A DNA stretch of 64,000 bases, taken from contig JBNZDD010013568.1 in NCBI GenBank assembly GCA_050575255.1, positions 1,171,243-1,235,242 on the forward strand. The letters run 5' to 3'. The notes under the pieces were generated by a model. That model was not told where the DNA came from. It saw nothing but the letters and a program-made list of their open reading frames with translations, and did no database searches. This DNA comes from Harriotta raleighana. Taxonomy: Eukaryota. Positions 27,262 to 40,704 of the stretch are shown here, piece by piece (positions within the stretch are counted from its first letter, which is position 1; every line of letters begins with the position of its first letter). The translations under genes were made by a program, and so were the position numbers.

Positions 27262-30200
27262 TACTATCTACTTTTAAAAGAAGTGAATCAAACTTCCATG
27301 AAGGGTGGGGGAAACTCGTCTTTGGAATGATTTCAAGTATCCATCTTGCACTCCACTGACTCAGGCTCCAAAGCATATCCAATAGAAGTGGAGTCTGGAT
27401 TTAAAGTTGATCCAGGGTCATATGGTCTGGTTTATAAACAGCTTTTTACGACTATAATAATAATCTTAAGATTTAATATAGTATCTCATTACTATAATGC
27501 AGGTCTCAACCCCACCATGGTTGAGTTGTTGCTAACCTCACATTGGAGAGAAGCAAACACAGGAAACCTCAAAGAACATTCAGTAATCAGATTTCTTTCT
27601 CCTTTTTGTATCAGCATCTTGTGAAATTACAATCCTGCAACTCAAACATATTCATTAAACTGCAGATAATTAAGTCTCATGCCTGGTCTCATTAGATGCT
27701 TACAGGCTGTCACAAACAACTGCAGCTGTGCTGACTCACTGTTATTTAGGTTGAACCAACCCATCGCATGTGTGGAATCTGAACAATACAATTGTCATCT
27801 TAGTGAAAAGGCAATTTATCATGTAAAAACCTTACAAGAAATGTCCCTGTGAATGATTTTAGCTTTTCCAGCATCTAGAATCTTACAACCTAAGAGCCAC
27901 TGAAGATGATTCCCCTTTGGGAATGAAAACATGTAACAGCTAGGACTAACTAGGCAAATGTTAACAACCCACCTTTAGTGGCTCAAAATCCCAATGAGAA
28001 TGGAAAGACATGACAATCTGCCTCGATCGGTCAGCTTCAATAGAAAATCAATAGAAAACCTTCAGAAATGTAATGCATATTTGATTGTATCCAAGATCTT
28101 TCCGTCTTGTTTCATTATATAAAACAATCCACAAACATTGTAAAACCAGCAGAACTTCAAACGGACACTTCCTGACTGGTCAGACACAAGCTATGAGCAC
28201 ACTCAATACTCCACAGCCTAAAAATCTCACAGCAACCAATCATCCACAACATTCCAAGGAACACACCGCTTCCTCACCTATCCCTACTTGACGCTATCCT
28301 ATTCTTTATTTAATGCAACTACAACAATAAAATTACAATTGTAGAGCACCTTTCACATTGGGAGGATGCCCCCAAATAACTTCAAAATAAGATTCAAACC
28401 AGCAAAATAAAATTATGGGAACAAACTAGACTCCAACATAGCCATCCTTCTATAGTCTTCTTCCTAAATTGCTTTTCATGTTAAAATCATCAGAAACATG
28501 TTTTTTTTACTGAGCTGAGTTATAAAGCATACAGGTTCCTCTGAAATCGAACACAGCTTTAAAATAATCAACCAATACCTTGTTTCCTTCCCTGTTGTTG
28601 GTCTGATCAACAAACCCTTTGCATCATAGGCTGACATGGGATCCAATTCACTTCACTCACTTCAAAAAAGGGGTTCGGGAGAGGCACCAACACAGTATCA
28701 ATGGCTGAGAAATTCCTCAATGTGGGAGAAACAAGGCTCCCAAGTGTCCAACAAGTACAGTGGGCCGTTTGGAGGGTAATGATGCAAAGAATTTCAAAAT
28801 GTCTCTTTCAATAATGTTATCAGCATTTTATNTACTATCTACTTTTAAAAGAAGTGAATCAAACTTCCATGAAGGGTGGGGGAAACTCGTCTTTGGAATG
28901 ATTTCAAGTATCCATCTTGCACTCCACTGACTCAGGCTCCAAAGCATATCCAATAGAAGTGGAGTCTGGATTTAAAGTTGATCCAGGGTCATATGGTCTG
29001 GTTTATAAACAGCTTTTTACGACTATAATAATAATCTTAAGATTTAATATAGTATCTCATTACTATAATGCAGGTCTCAACCCCACCATGGTTGAGTTGT
29101 TGCTAACCTCACATTGGAGAGAAGCAAACACAGGAAACCTCAAAGAACATTCAGTAATCAGATTTCTTTCTCCTTTTTGTATCAGCATCTTGTGAAATTA
29201 CAATCCTGCAACTCAAACATATTCATTAAACTGCAGATAATTAAGTCTCATGCCTGGTCTCATTAGATGCTTACAGGCTGTCACAAACAACTGCAGCTGT
29301 GCTGACTCACTGTTATTTAGGTTGAACCAACCCATCGCATGTGTGGAATCTGAACAATACAATTGTCATCTTAGTGAAAAGGCAATTTATCATGTAAAAA
29401 CCTTACAAGAAATGTCCCTGTGAATGATTTTAGCTTTTCCAGCATCTAGAATCTTACAACCTAAGAGCCACTGAAGATGATTCCCCTTTGGGAATGAAAA
29501 CATGTAACAGCTAGGACTAACTAGGCAAATGTTAACAACCCACCTTTAGTGGCTCAAAATCCCAATGAGAATGGAAAGACATGACAATCTGCCTCGATCG
29601 GTCAGCTTCAATAGAAAATCAATAGAAAACCTTCAGAAATGTAATGCATATTTGATTGTATCCAAGATCTTTCCGTCTTGTTTCATTATATAAAACAATC
29701 CACAAACATTGTAAAACCAGCAGAACTTCAAACGGACACTTCCTGACTGGTCAGACACAAGCTATGAGCACACTCAATACTCCACAGCCTAAAAATCTCA
29801 CAGCAACCAATCATCCACAACATTCCAAGGAACACACCGCTTCCTCACCTATCCCTACTTGACGCTATCCTATTCTTTATTTAATGCAACTACAACAATA
29901 AAATTACAATTGTAGAGCACCTTTCACATTGGGAGGATGCCCTCAAATAACTTCAAAATAAGATTCAAACCAGCAAAATAAAATTATGGGAACAAACTAG
30001 ACTCCAACATAGCCATCCTTCTATAGTCTTCTTCCTAAATTGCTTTTCATGTTAAAATCATCAGAAACATGTTTTTTTTACTGAGCTGAGTTATAAAGCA
30101 TACAGGTTCCTCTGAAATCGAACACAGCTTTAAAATAATCAACCAATACCTTGTTTCCTTCCCTGTTGTTGGTCTGATCAACAAACCCTTTGCATCATAG

Positions 30201-30402
30201 GCTGACATGGGATCCAATTCACTTCACTCACTTCAAAAAAGGGGTTCGGGAGAGGCACCAACACAGTATCAATGGCTGAGAAATTCCTCAATGTGGGAGA
30301 AACAAGGCTCCCAAGTGTCCAACAAGTACAGTGGGCCGTTTGGAGGGTAATGATGCAAAGAATTTCAAAATGTCTCTTTCAATAATGTTATCAGCATTTT
30401 AT
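27262..30402. repeat. 1570-bp tandem duplication joined by a single N (likely assembly artefact)
   Basis: 27262-28831 is repeated at 28833-30402 with N at 28832; the one difference I noticed is c28372/t29943. Confidence 0.95.
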
Positions 30403-30977
30403 CAGGCTTCTGTCCTTATCTAAACCAAACAATCACTAGAACAGCAGCTGATAAGCTGCTATGGTATGGCAGTTATACCAATTAAATGTGGCAATAATAG
30501 AAGCCTGTGAGAATTTATGAGCTTTACAATCTTACCTCTGCCCTGAATGTTTTGATCCAACCATAAAGCCAGTGCTTACCTGTACAAGCTACTCCCATTC
30601 ACATGGCACTGGGCCCAAGTCCTAACTCATTATCTATTAACTACTGCTTCACCTATTCTATTTATTAGTTGATCTTCCTATTTTAATAATTCAATTTAAA
30701 ATAAACTTACCTTTACCTTCAAATGGCCTTTTGCACACTATTTCTTTAGCTTCCAATTGTTATAGTAGTATTCAAGCGGTGCAGTGATCACCCCAATTAC
30801 ATGTAAAAACTCAACAATAATTAAACAGCCAACTCCAGTAATCGCCTTGTGACCAACCTTCTTTCCTTCGCATGATGTTGACAATTAAAACAAGCTCAGT
30901 TCAATATGTTTGTTTTGTAACTTAAGAATCCAAGTCAATCTTGTCAAATGCATCAATGCTTTTCTGAGGATAGGGTG

Positions 30978-31493
30978 CCTCGCCTTTGTCACCTCTCGGC
31001 TGGACTATTGCAATGCCCTCCTCTCCGGTCTCCCCTCCTCCACAATCCACAGAGTCCAGCTTATCCAGAACTCTGCCGCTCGCGTTCTCACCCGCACCAA
31101 ACTTCGCTCCCCCATTACCCCAGTCCTTGCCAGACTTCACTGGCTCCCTATCCCAGAGAGGATAGATTTTAATCCCTCATCTTCAAATCCCTCCAATCCT
31201 CTGCACCCCCCTCCTCTCTCTTCAAACCGGTACCTGTTGCCTTTGCTCCACTGGGTCTGGCTTCCTCCGCTCCACCCATTATGCCCCGAGGCTCTGGAAT
31301 TTCCTTCCTCACTTCCTCCGCCTCGCCCCCTCTTTTCCCAGGTTCAGGTCCCAGCTGAAGACCTTTCTCTTCAACCGCACCTTTGGTCACCTTTCTACCC
31401 CGGCCCCTGGCTCGGTCCCGGGATCCACTATTGTGAAGCGCTCTGAGACTCTGTCTGGTGTGGAGGGCGCTATATAAATCCAAGTTGTTGTTG
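30978..31493 (+). mobile_element. L2 LINE 3' end with ORF2 C-terminus
   Basis: [18 protein letters not shown]...[34 protein letters not shown], then frameshifts; tail 'gggcgctatataaatccaag' followed by (ttg)n. Confidence 0.95.
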
Positions 31494-31694
31494 CCAAAAT
31501 CACCCACTATATCCCCAATAAAGCCTGACTCATAGAAGGTTAAAATAACTTATTTTTCCTTAGAACAAACAGCAAAGGATATAGTTTAGCTTCAAGAAGA
31601 TGACACAAACATTAAAAGTAGACATTTAAGCCGATATGTGACTGAGGGAGCGAGCGGTAGAGTCAGGTTGGAGAGGATCAAAGAGATAAGGGAA

Positions 31695-31760
31695 TACAGT
31701 AAAACCTCAATAATCTGACATTCTGAAAGCCAGCAAGTCTCTAAAACCGGTGAGATTTTT
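31695..31760 (+). mobile_element. Possible pogo/Tigger-like terminal inverted repeat remnant
   Basis: TA followed by CAGTAAAACCTCAATAATC, a typical Tc1/mariner-pogo terminus. Confidence 0.4.
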
Positions 31761-31802
31761 AAAATATTTTTTTCCCGATAGCCGGCAAAATTCCCCCAAA
31801 TT

Positions 31803-31964
31803 TAACGTTTCGGGTCAGAAGTACCTAGAACTGACGAAGGGTCTTTGACCCGAAATGTTGACTCCATTTTCTTTTCTCCATAGATGCTGCCTGACCTGCT
31901 GAGTGTTCCTGGCAATTTCTGTTTTTGTTTCAGATTTCCAGCATCTGCAGTATGTTGCGTTTTT
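31803..31964 (+). mobile_element. Palindromic hammerhead-core element (right arm plus remnant of left arm)
   Basis: CTGACGA(31831)-A-GGGTC ttt GACCC-GAAA(31852)-TGTT, then the arm 'tctccatagatgctgcctgacctgctgag...ttgcgttttt'. Confidence 0.85.
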
Positions 31965-32000
31965 TCCCCCCCAGTTTATTAACATTCTAACAATGTTTTA

Positions 32001-32041
32001 TAGTCCTGTCCAGTCCCCACAAAAGGGACTGGACAGGACTA
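32001..32041. repeat. Perfect 17-bp inverted repeat with a 7-nt loop
   Basis: tagtcctgtccagtccc-cacaaaa-gggactggacaggacta. Confidence 0.95.
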
Positions 32042-33714
32042 GTTTGGGAATATAGGAATACAGATCTTGTCCAAATGTTTGTGGTTTTCTTACTGTCCTT
32101 CTCATTCCTTTTATATTGACTCAAATGATGAACAATGGCCATTAATGTTAGATCCAGCAGCAAAAAGGTGCACAAATTGAATCTTAAGTCTCACATGACA
32201 TTGCATAGCAAACAGGTGCAAAATAGCAAGTACATGATTTATCCAGCCTATCAGTCCGATACCTTTTATTAGACTGATCATTTACAACAGGTCGTCAAAG
32301 ATACTTTTATCACAGTAACACCCAGTAATACTGCCCCGTGAGCAATACTTCCCCTACAATTTCAACCATTAGACAGACAAACAGACAACTTAATCTTATC
32401 AAAAGATCTGGAATTTTACCAAGGAAATTGCTGTAATCTTCTTGCTATAAAATGGTTCAATAAAATAAAAGCAGCTGAATCAGCCCCAGAAAATAATTAT
32501 TGGGTGCGACCAAATCCAGCTCCACATTGTGAACGCTGTGACATTGTGAGGGCAGACCATAGAAGCCTCCACGTACGTACAAGAACTAGGAAAATAATGT
32601 GCACCGTAGACGTGTGAGAAGGCTCTCGGTGATAGAGAGCAGCACATTTACAACAAATGTGGCTCTTGACTTAAGACAACATTTCTTCACAGCAGTCAAC
32701 CATCCTTCCTCACATGTATTCATTCTACACAATTACAATGAAGTAAACTGGAAAGCTAGTCAATGATTGCTCTCCAGTGTTGAAGTCTATTGGTTTGTTT
32801 TTACGGAATTATTTCAATAATGTCAGTGCATTCCTATTTACCGACTACAGCAGAAATTAGTCATTAAGAACTGAAACAATGGGGAGAAATAAGCTTATAT
32901 CCACACTAGGTTACAACAAGGCAGGCTTGTGGTCTGTGCATTTCAAACTGGAACGCAGCAATTCAGAGCACATGTAGCAACATTGGTGCGAATCGGTGTG
33001 TTGAAGTACAAAGTTTGGAGAAGAAAAACAGCTGAAAGACAATGTCTTAGTAAAGTCTAAGTAAACTGTAAATCCATTAAAATCTTAGTACAGTACTTCA
33101 GGCCAGTTGTACAGTACAGGGTGTAAGCTGAATCCATGCACTTTATCACCCTGACGTGCTATTCCTGAGTGGAGATAATCGCTGCTTTAATAAACATTCA
33201 TGAGCTTATAACTTTACCAACTGATAATGACAGGACCTGCATAAAAATAAACCAATAAAGATATTTTATTGCGGCTGTGATAATTCAGTTCCGTATCATT
33301 GTACTGTATCTGCTTTCTTACCAAAATGTTTTTACTGCACAAAATTGTGCTCATCAAGAACACAGAGGGCATTTATAGGATGTTTGGACCAAGTCTGCCG
33401 CAGTCTCATTTATTACCCACTGGATTTCACATTCTGCTGCAACATGACTAAACAAGAAATATGATCAACACTCAAGACATTCCGAATGAGACTTGTGGAA
33501 ATCATTCAAAAACAGTCAAAATGTCACACAAAAGATGCTAGTAGATTCCTGTTTTTGAAATTATGGAATTGGGTGATATTACAACAAATCTAGCACTTGC
33601 ACATTGTTAAGCGACTTGGCACATCCTCCCGACGTGAAAAGCGCTCTATAAATGTAATTCTGTTTTGTTGTTGTTAACCGATAAAGGATTTAGCTGCTTG
33701 TGTTTCCCAGCAGG

Positions 33715-33908
33715 ATAATGCTCTCTGCGCTTTCAGTTACTATGGCCTGAAACTCTGGAACTCTCTCTCTCACTCCGCAAGGTCACACTTGAAAACACTC
33801 CCCTTCGACCATGCCTTCCCCCTCCCTGGCCTGGTGCTCCACCACTATCACACACTCTGGGACACTACCCCGTGTGAGGGGCACTATAAAAATGCAAGTT
33901 GCTGTTGA
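33715..33908 (+). mobile_element. L2 3' end
   Basis: AFSYYGLKLWNSL motif, followed by the tail 'gtgaggggcactataaaaatgcaagttg'. Confidence 0.8.
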
Positions 33909-36900
33909 CTATTTGATATGGAACTTTGCTGACTTCATGGCTTTGAAATCACAGCCTTTTTGAAGCACAGTTTGTACAGGCAGGTTGTACAGGGCTGCAA
34001 AAAAGGTCTCTACATCACATTATCCTGCAAAGTGGAAACATACTGCAATATATTAAAATTCCTGTAGGTTTACATTACAGGACAAAATGAGTGGGGCGTG
34101 TCACAGAAAAGATTTGCTCATCTGATTAAATGTAAGGGTAGAAGATTTTCAAAGCAAAAGGCACAGCTTTAAGCTCTCCTCAGTTAGACCAGTGAGATGG
34201 CCAATTTGGAGCAAAATACCCAAATCTCTCCAACCAGGAAATTGATCACTCAATCACTCCAACCATTAAAAATAAGATTCTTACTGGCAGCAGCAACACA
34301 ACAAATGTCAGTTTTATAACGCCTTTCACATGGGGAGGCAAAGAGCAAGGTGGGAAAATTAGGGCATAAATATTCACGTATATTCAAACTCGATTCTTGG
34401 CTTTTCATTGGACGGAGGAGGGTTAATGTATGTAATAAAATAGATGTTATTTTCCTACTCTCAATCTTGTGATGAATTCAAGCAAACAAACCAAAACAAC
34501 TTAACCTGTTACAACATGTTGAGACACAAACTCACTGCCACTGCATCATGTTCCTGTCAGTTTAGCAAATCCCTCTGTTCTCTCTACCTGCTATTGTGTA
34601 CGTCTAGGATTTTAAAAGCTTACTATTTGTTAAGATGCATAAATCACAGATTCTATTAGCAGCTGATATGAAAATTATGGCACTGTTTAATGGATATGCC
34701 TGAAGATTGTATAACCACCAGCATTATGGAAGAAACCACCATGTCACAAGCAACTGAATACTTTATAATCTGCTGACCAGTGTTATCGCAACCTGAACTT
34801 TGAGTTTATGGCGGTTCTGCTCCTAAAATTATACTTTTAATTTGGTTCAATACACTTCATCAATCTGCAAGCGTATAAATTATTATACAACTGGCAACTG
34901 ACAAGTTATTGAAAAGCAAAAAGCACACATATTAGTAACACTGATAAGTGATAAGACTAAAGAAAACCCAGCAACATTGTTATTATGGATCTTATCAAGC
35001 AGTGGTAGATTATTAACCAGGATGATTCATCGATTGACTACAGAACTCTTTCATTTCATTCACATCTTCTATTGGTATAAATATTAATTTCCTGTTGCTG
35101 AGTACCCTATACAATAGAAAGTACATTATTCTAAAACAATAACAACAATCTTTGGATTAGATATAGCGCAGTTCACGTCTTCTAGATGTCTCAAAGCACT
35201 TTAGATCACTACTGTATATCAAGTGGAAAAATAATCACTGGATACATGGGCATGGGGAGGGCGAGAGAGAAACATTTAAAATGCATAGCTAATAACTTTA
35301 CAGAAAATCCGTGCAGCTCTTTGACAAACATAAGGCACCATTTCAAATACGAGGATTATCAACAGAGAGATTCATACAAAAAAGGTCCTCAACATGGTAG
35401 TGGATCTCAATTCACAGCTCAAAAGAACTGAAATGTGTATATCTATCTCACTGTGTGAAGCCTACGATTTCACAGTATTTTCTCAGAGTGAACTCTCAGC
35501 CACCTGAATGTTGTGGCTATAAGGGTAAACCTCTGAACAAAGATCACAGAAACTGCACAGAGGAAAGATGAGGAGCGCAATCTTAAGGCATCGCTTCCTC
35601 AGTTACTCCGTGTAAAAGCTGCTCAAGGTGGTGTGGAGGGAGAAGAACGGACTGGATAATTAGAACAGAACTGTTTCACTACAATTTTGAGTACATTTGT
35701 CCTTTAATCAGACATATTCTGTCATATTATTTTACCTGGGTGAGAAATGGGACCTATAGCTGCTTTATTCCAAAATGTTGATAAGGCCTTTCGGAAACCC
35801 AGCTGTTCAATGTTCTCAATTAAGTTGTGGTCAGGCACTGAAGACACAACCTGCCCTGGATTTTAATGAGCAGACATTTGACCCACAGCAGCTTCTCAAA
35901 ATGATTAGTGCAGCCAAACACATTTGACTGCCAACCACGATTCACAAATGCCTTGGCTTCATTTCAGAGCTGAGGTTTAACTGTATGTCAATTCGGTGAA
36001 CATGACTCATTCATACAGGAATTCAACGTATCATCAAATGAAATAATCAAACACAATCCTCTCCAAGGCTAGAAATCAATGATCTTCCAACTGCTTAAAA
36101 ACCTCACAAGATGAGGCACAGAAGCCGGTGTTAATAACCAGCTTCTCCATTGATAAAGCTCACAATAAATAATATCGTTTACATATTCAACCATTCTGGG
36201 TAACTCAGCCCATTGACGTTGGTCATGGTTGGTCAACTTAGACTTGCAATGGGTCTCCTTCACTTTCTGAGGTGGCAATCTGGCAACCTGCACCATTCAC
36301 AAAGCATAAGGTTGTACTAGCGACAGGATGTCACACACAATTCCCCTCAGTGTGAATCTCAGCCATTAGGCAAACATTAGGGGGAAGGTAATGAGAGGAT
36401 GGTATATATGAGTGCAGATGACACTGTGACAACAACAACAAAGTTACATTTGTTTCTCGCCTTTCACATCAGGACAACTTCCCAAGACGCTGGACAATTA
36501 CTGCTTCAGACCCGAGCTGAGGACCTTTTGTGAGCACTGCAACCCCAAAAGCTCCAAAGCAATTCCAAAGTGAAGAAGAATTCCTTAATAAAATGAACAG
36601 GAATTATGGCAAAAACAAGACACTGGCATGGGAGCCTTCAGTTTCTATTCGTAAAAGGCAGCCAAGTCCACAGGAGGAAACTTTTGAACAAATTTCATTA
36701 AATTTAGTTCAAAATCATGAGACTGAGGCAAAAGCAATTTAGTGTCAGCAGCTCCCAATACAAATAAAATGCAGCTCCTTCCTCTGAGCAATCAGGTTAA
36801 TTATAACCATTCAGAAGACCAATTAAAGCGCTGCTTGTCAGTTACAGGAGAGAGAGAATTTAAGCATTTCTTGGGTGTTCCAAGTAGTCTACAATTAAAT

Positions 36901-37463
36901 GAACCACATCCATTAAGTGACACTTCTCTGCATTTTACCATGCTCCAATTACGCTTAATCAGTCCCTCAGAGTCTCTTCTTAAGTAGAAAACATCACTGT
37001 ATAAACGAATGGTGTAATTTGAGCCTCAGTGAAGCTATCACCTTCCTGCAAAACCAAGTATTTCATTTGAAGTTACAATCCTCATTTGCTCATCTGTCAG
37101 ATGAGGGCAAGGTGATCTAATGGCTGATATGTACAGTGTGATCAAGTCAATTAGAAATCGTGCAGAATAATGGAAATAATGGAAATGCATTGTGCTAATC
37201 ATTAACCCCTCATGTCAAATAGTGCTTTTATTTTTTTCCTTTAAAATCAAATTATACTTAAACTCAACAGAGTATGCCTCAACACCTGCTTTGCAGTTTT
37301 TGGAAAGGATGAGATTGTAACCTTTGCAATCCCAGTGGTAACACAGCTCTCAAAATGCTCACTATTAAGATCTTGACATTCTCCTTCTGATAACATGGTC
37401 ACTCACATTAAGGCTATTACACATACATTTCCTGCTTGATATGTAAACAAATATTTTTTATTT

Positions 37464-37512
37464 TTTTATTTATTTTATTTATATATTATATTTATAAATA
37501 AAATAAATAAAA
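37464..37512. repeat. Pure-AT 20-bp perfect inverted repeat with a 9-nt spacer
   Basis: ttttatttattttatttata / tataaataaaataaataaaa. Confidence 0.85.
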
Positions 37513-40353
37513 TAGTTACTACATTGCAAGCCATTCACTACTGAAGTGCTTTCAGAAAGATGCTTTGTTGTTATAAGCAATATTAAACATAAGGTTTACT
37601 AGTTTACTAGTATTTTTAAAAAATGAATTTTCCAGCATTTTTTTCCCATGTTGTAAATGTTTGATGGGTCCCAGAGATGATGTCATCTAAATAAGCACAA
37701 CAAAAACTTGCAGTTGAATGAATTTGATGTTATGAAACTGAAATTAATTTGACTATTCATTTAAATTGGGCATAATTAAAATCAACCACGCTATATGAAT
37801 CTTACTTTGATATCTAAAAGGGCACAAGAGTTTAAATCTTATATTCCTTATGGCAATCCTGCCCACACTAAGTATTCTGTACTGCAATCGCAGCCCATCA
37901 CAGAACAATCCTACGGCGCTTTTATTGCAAGCTTCAGTAAGACTTGCTGAGACAGGCTACACTGACCTTATAGCCTTCTTCTCTACGTGACATTCCACTC
38001 TTAGCAACCGCAGCCACTAATCTACGATGGAGAGATACTCATACTACCACTCAGATCCCAACAGCATCCCAAACTCACAAGCAGTATAATCAAACCTCCC
38101 TGCAGTACCAGATACAAACAATTGTGCACGTAGTTCTTTGCAAAGGGCAGGCTAACATAACCTTATTTGGACTTGAGGTCTGGTGGTTTCTCTCCACTGG
38201 GAACAACAGGCGACCAAGTCTGCCAATCTTCTTGACTTTTTCCCCATTTAATCCATTACCCCGGTTGCATGGCTGCATGTTTTTTCCTCCCTATCTTCTC
38301 CGCTCTCCTCATTAAAACGAGAAACCCATTGGTATTACTGATTTCCACGGTAGGCTACTAGTTTCTGAATTAGTCTATTGCTTTTCTATTATAGCTACAG
38401 TTTAGCACATTAAAACATGCCACAAATTGGTAGCTTGCTCTCACAATAAGCTTATCAAGAGTTCCCATAGAACTGTGGTTAAACAAGATGATAGCAAATT
38501 TGACAAGCCAGTAACAGAAATATAAACATAGCAAATTTAGATAAAGTCTTTCATGTTAGGACGACTCAAAGCACATCATCAGCTCTCTCTTGAAATAGGG
38601 GGTTGTGGGGAGGCTCAGAGGGAGAAATGCACTGATAGAAAGACAACACCTCCACATTATCAGTAAATGCTATTTTGAAATTCTCTTACATTATACAGCA
38701 TTACAGTCAATCACACTGTGCAAATTATATTTTGGTTTAATTGTGAACAAAATATTTCTGTTTCAAAACTGGAAATGTGATTTTGCAGAGATTCAGAGTC
38801 TAATGAATGGAAATCTGGTCTTTCTTTCTCCATCTGCCACTGAAGCCTTTTACAATGATAAAGAATTAGGCCCCATAAAGTATCTTACATTTAAGTTTAG
38901 AGACACTCGAGTGCAGCCACTCTGTTTACATAAAAGCATGTAATACAATTAATCAAATGATGTTTTTTTTGAGTAATAAAAATGCGTTGAAGTTTCAGGT
39001 CAGATAACAATAAAGGGAGTCACACTGATTTGCTGAGAAATCAGGATCAAGGCTAGAATGAGGAAGGTCATAGCCCAAGAGGCGTGGAGAAAAGCTTCAA
39101 AAAGGTGACCTGACATTTCAGTGTGTGATGCCCTGAACTGGTGGAAGGCATTTTTCTCTCTAATGGCCCAGATGGTGAAGTAAAATTCCAGGCTTGGCTT
39201 AGATGTGACTCCACTGGAATTGCAATCTCTCCTCTGCTCAAGAAGCATGGCATCGGCCTGGACAAGCCTATAGCTATCTAGCCACCAGGGCAGAACTGGC
39301 AAGTCCCCAAATTTTGCTCAGAGAACAATCAAATCCAATTAATGATAGCCACGGATATACACAGAGAATTAAACATTTAACTGTGACAAAGTAAAGCCAG
39401 TTTTAGCATCATCATTTTATATTAATATAGGTGGCACCTGTATGATGGATAGTGTAGATTTCTGCTGTTGCTCACACAACTCATTTACTCAAATTCTAAC
39501 TGCATCATTTGCAAAACATGAATATTAGATACTTAATTAAATGGGAACATCAAAACACACTCTAATTGGATTGTCTTATGCACCAGCTCATTAGTTTGGG
39601 GAGAGGGAATTTCCAAAGAAGCCCATTTCCTTAATTCTCTCTGTTGGATTGTTTGTTCTCATTACACCTGAGACCTTGTTAGATAAAGTGAATACACATA
39701 AAAGACAGGAGTTTATAACATGAATGATGCTCCATTCTAACTAATGATGTACAATATAGCTCTGTTCATATGTATGGATGTCACTGTTCTTGTTCATGTT
39801 TAAAGTGAACAGCTAAATTCATTTATTCTCAGCTATCCCTTCTGCTCTAACATTTCAACAAGATGGAAGCCAATGAATGGTTGACTCTCTCTTGAATGGT
39901 ATTGGCGACACAGTTTCGCCTCAATCATCCTGATTACTCAGTGAATTCTGAGCACTGATATCCTTAACATTACCAGAGAATTCTGGTGCTTCCCCTCAGC
40001 CTTTTACTCATTCAAGAGCATCTGCTCAAAGTTTTACCTTGGGTAGAAAAAGTTGCTGAGAATCAAGCATCAACTCAAGCAGTAGCACACTTTCTTATGG
40101 GTAAGTTGCAGAGCAGCGTTGGAGCTTGCTGATTACAATGCAGTGATCCATCTTCCTCAGAGAAAGCAAAAGCTACGAAGGGGTTGGAAGTAGCATGAAT
40201 TTGGAGAGCGTCCATTAAAAAGAGGATAAATATACAATCTACTAAAATATATGTGCAGCGCTCCAAGAGAAAGCAGACATTTAAACGTTCAAGGCATGAA
40301 TGGGAAAAGAGTTTCAGAGTAGTATTTGCCAGCAATAAAGCATTCACTTGAGA

Positions 40354-40704
40354 TGTGGAGCTCCTGTGGCTCAGTGGTTAGAGCACTCGCCTTACATGCC
40401 TTACAAGCATGAGGCCTGTGTTCGAATCCAGGCAGATCAGGGCGAAACCTTGGGCAAGTTTCCTTACTCCACATGCCTAATAATAATCCCTCCAAAAAAA
40501 AAAAACTACAATAATAAAAAAAATTGGTCATTTCAATCCATGACTGTTTGTGGGACGCTGCTGTGCGCAATTGGCTGCCGCGTTTCGCCCACAAATATAC
40601 AGTCAATTCACTTTACAGTATACTCTGTGAAGCGCTTTGGGACGTTGATAAGATGTGAAAAGCGCTATATCAAATGCAAGGATTATTATTATTATTATTA
40701 TTAT
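40354..40704 (+). mobile_element. Full-length tRNA-SINE family A (young copy)
   Basis: A box TGGCTCAGTGG at 40367-40377, B box GTTCGAATCC at 40420-40429, CORE-like 'ccttgggcaagtt', Deu-like 'gtgggacgctgctgtgcgcaattggctgccgcgtttc', L2-type tail and (tta)n; CpGs retained. Confidence 0.95.

Noticed and set aside
27262-30402. 1.57-kb tandem duplication with repeated ORFs
   Set aside because: Same single-N join with one SNP seen; likely an assembly artefact.
30910-31446. 178-aa ORF as a gene
   Set aside because: It is a frameshifted L2 ORF2 remnant.
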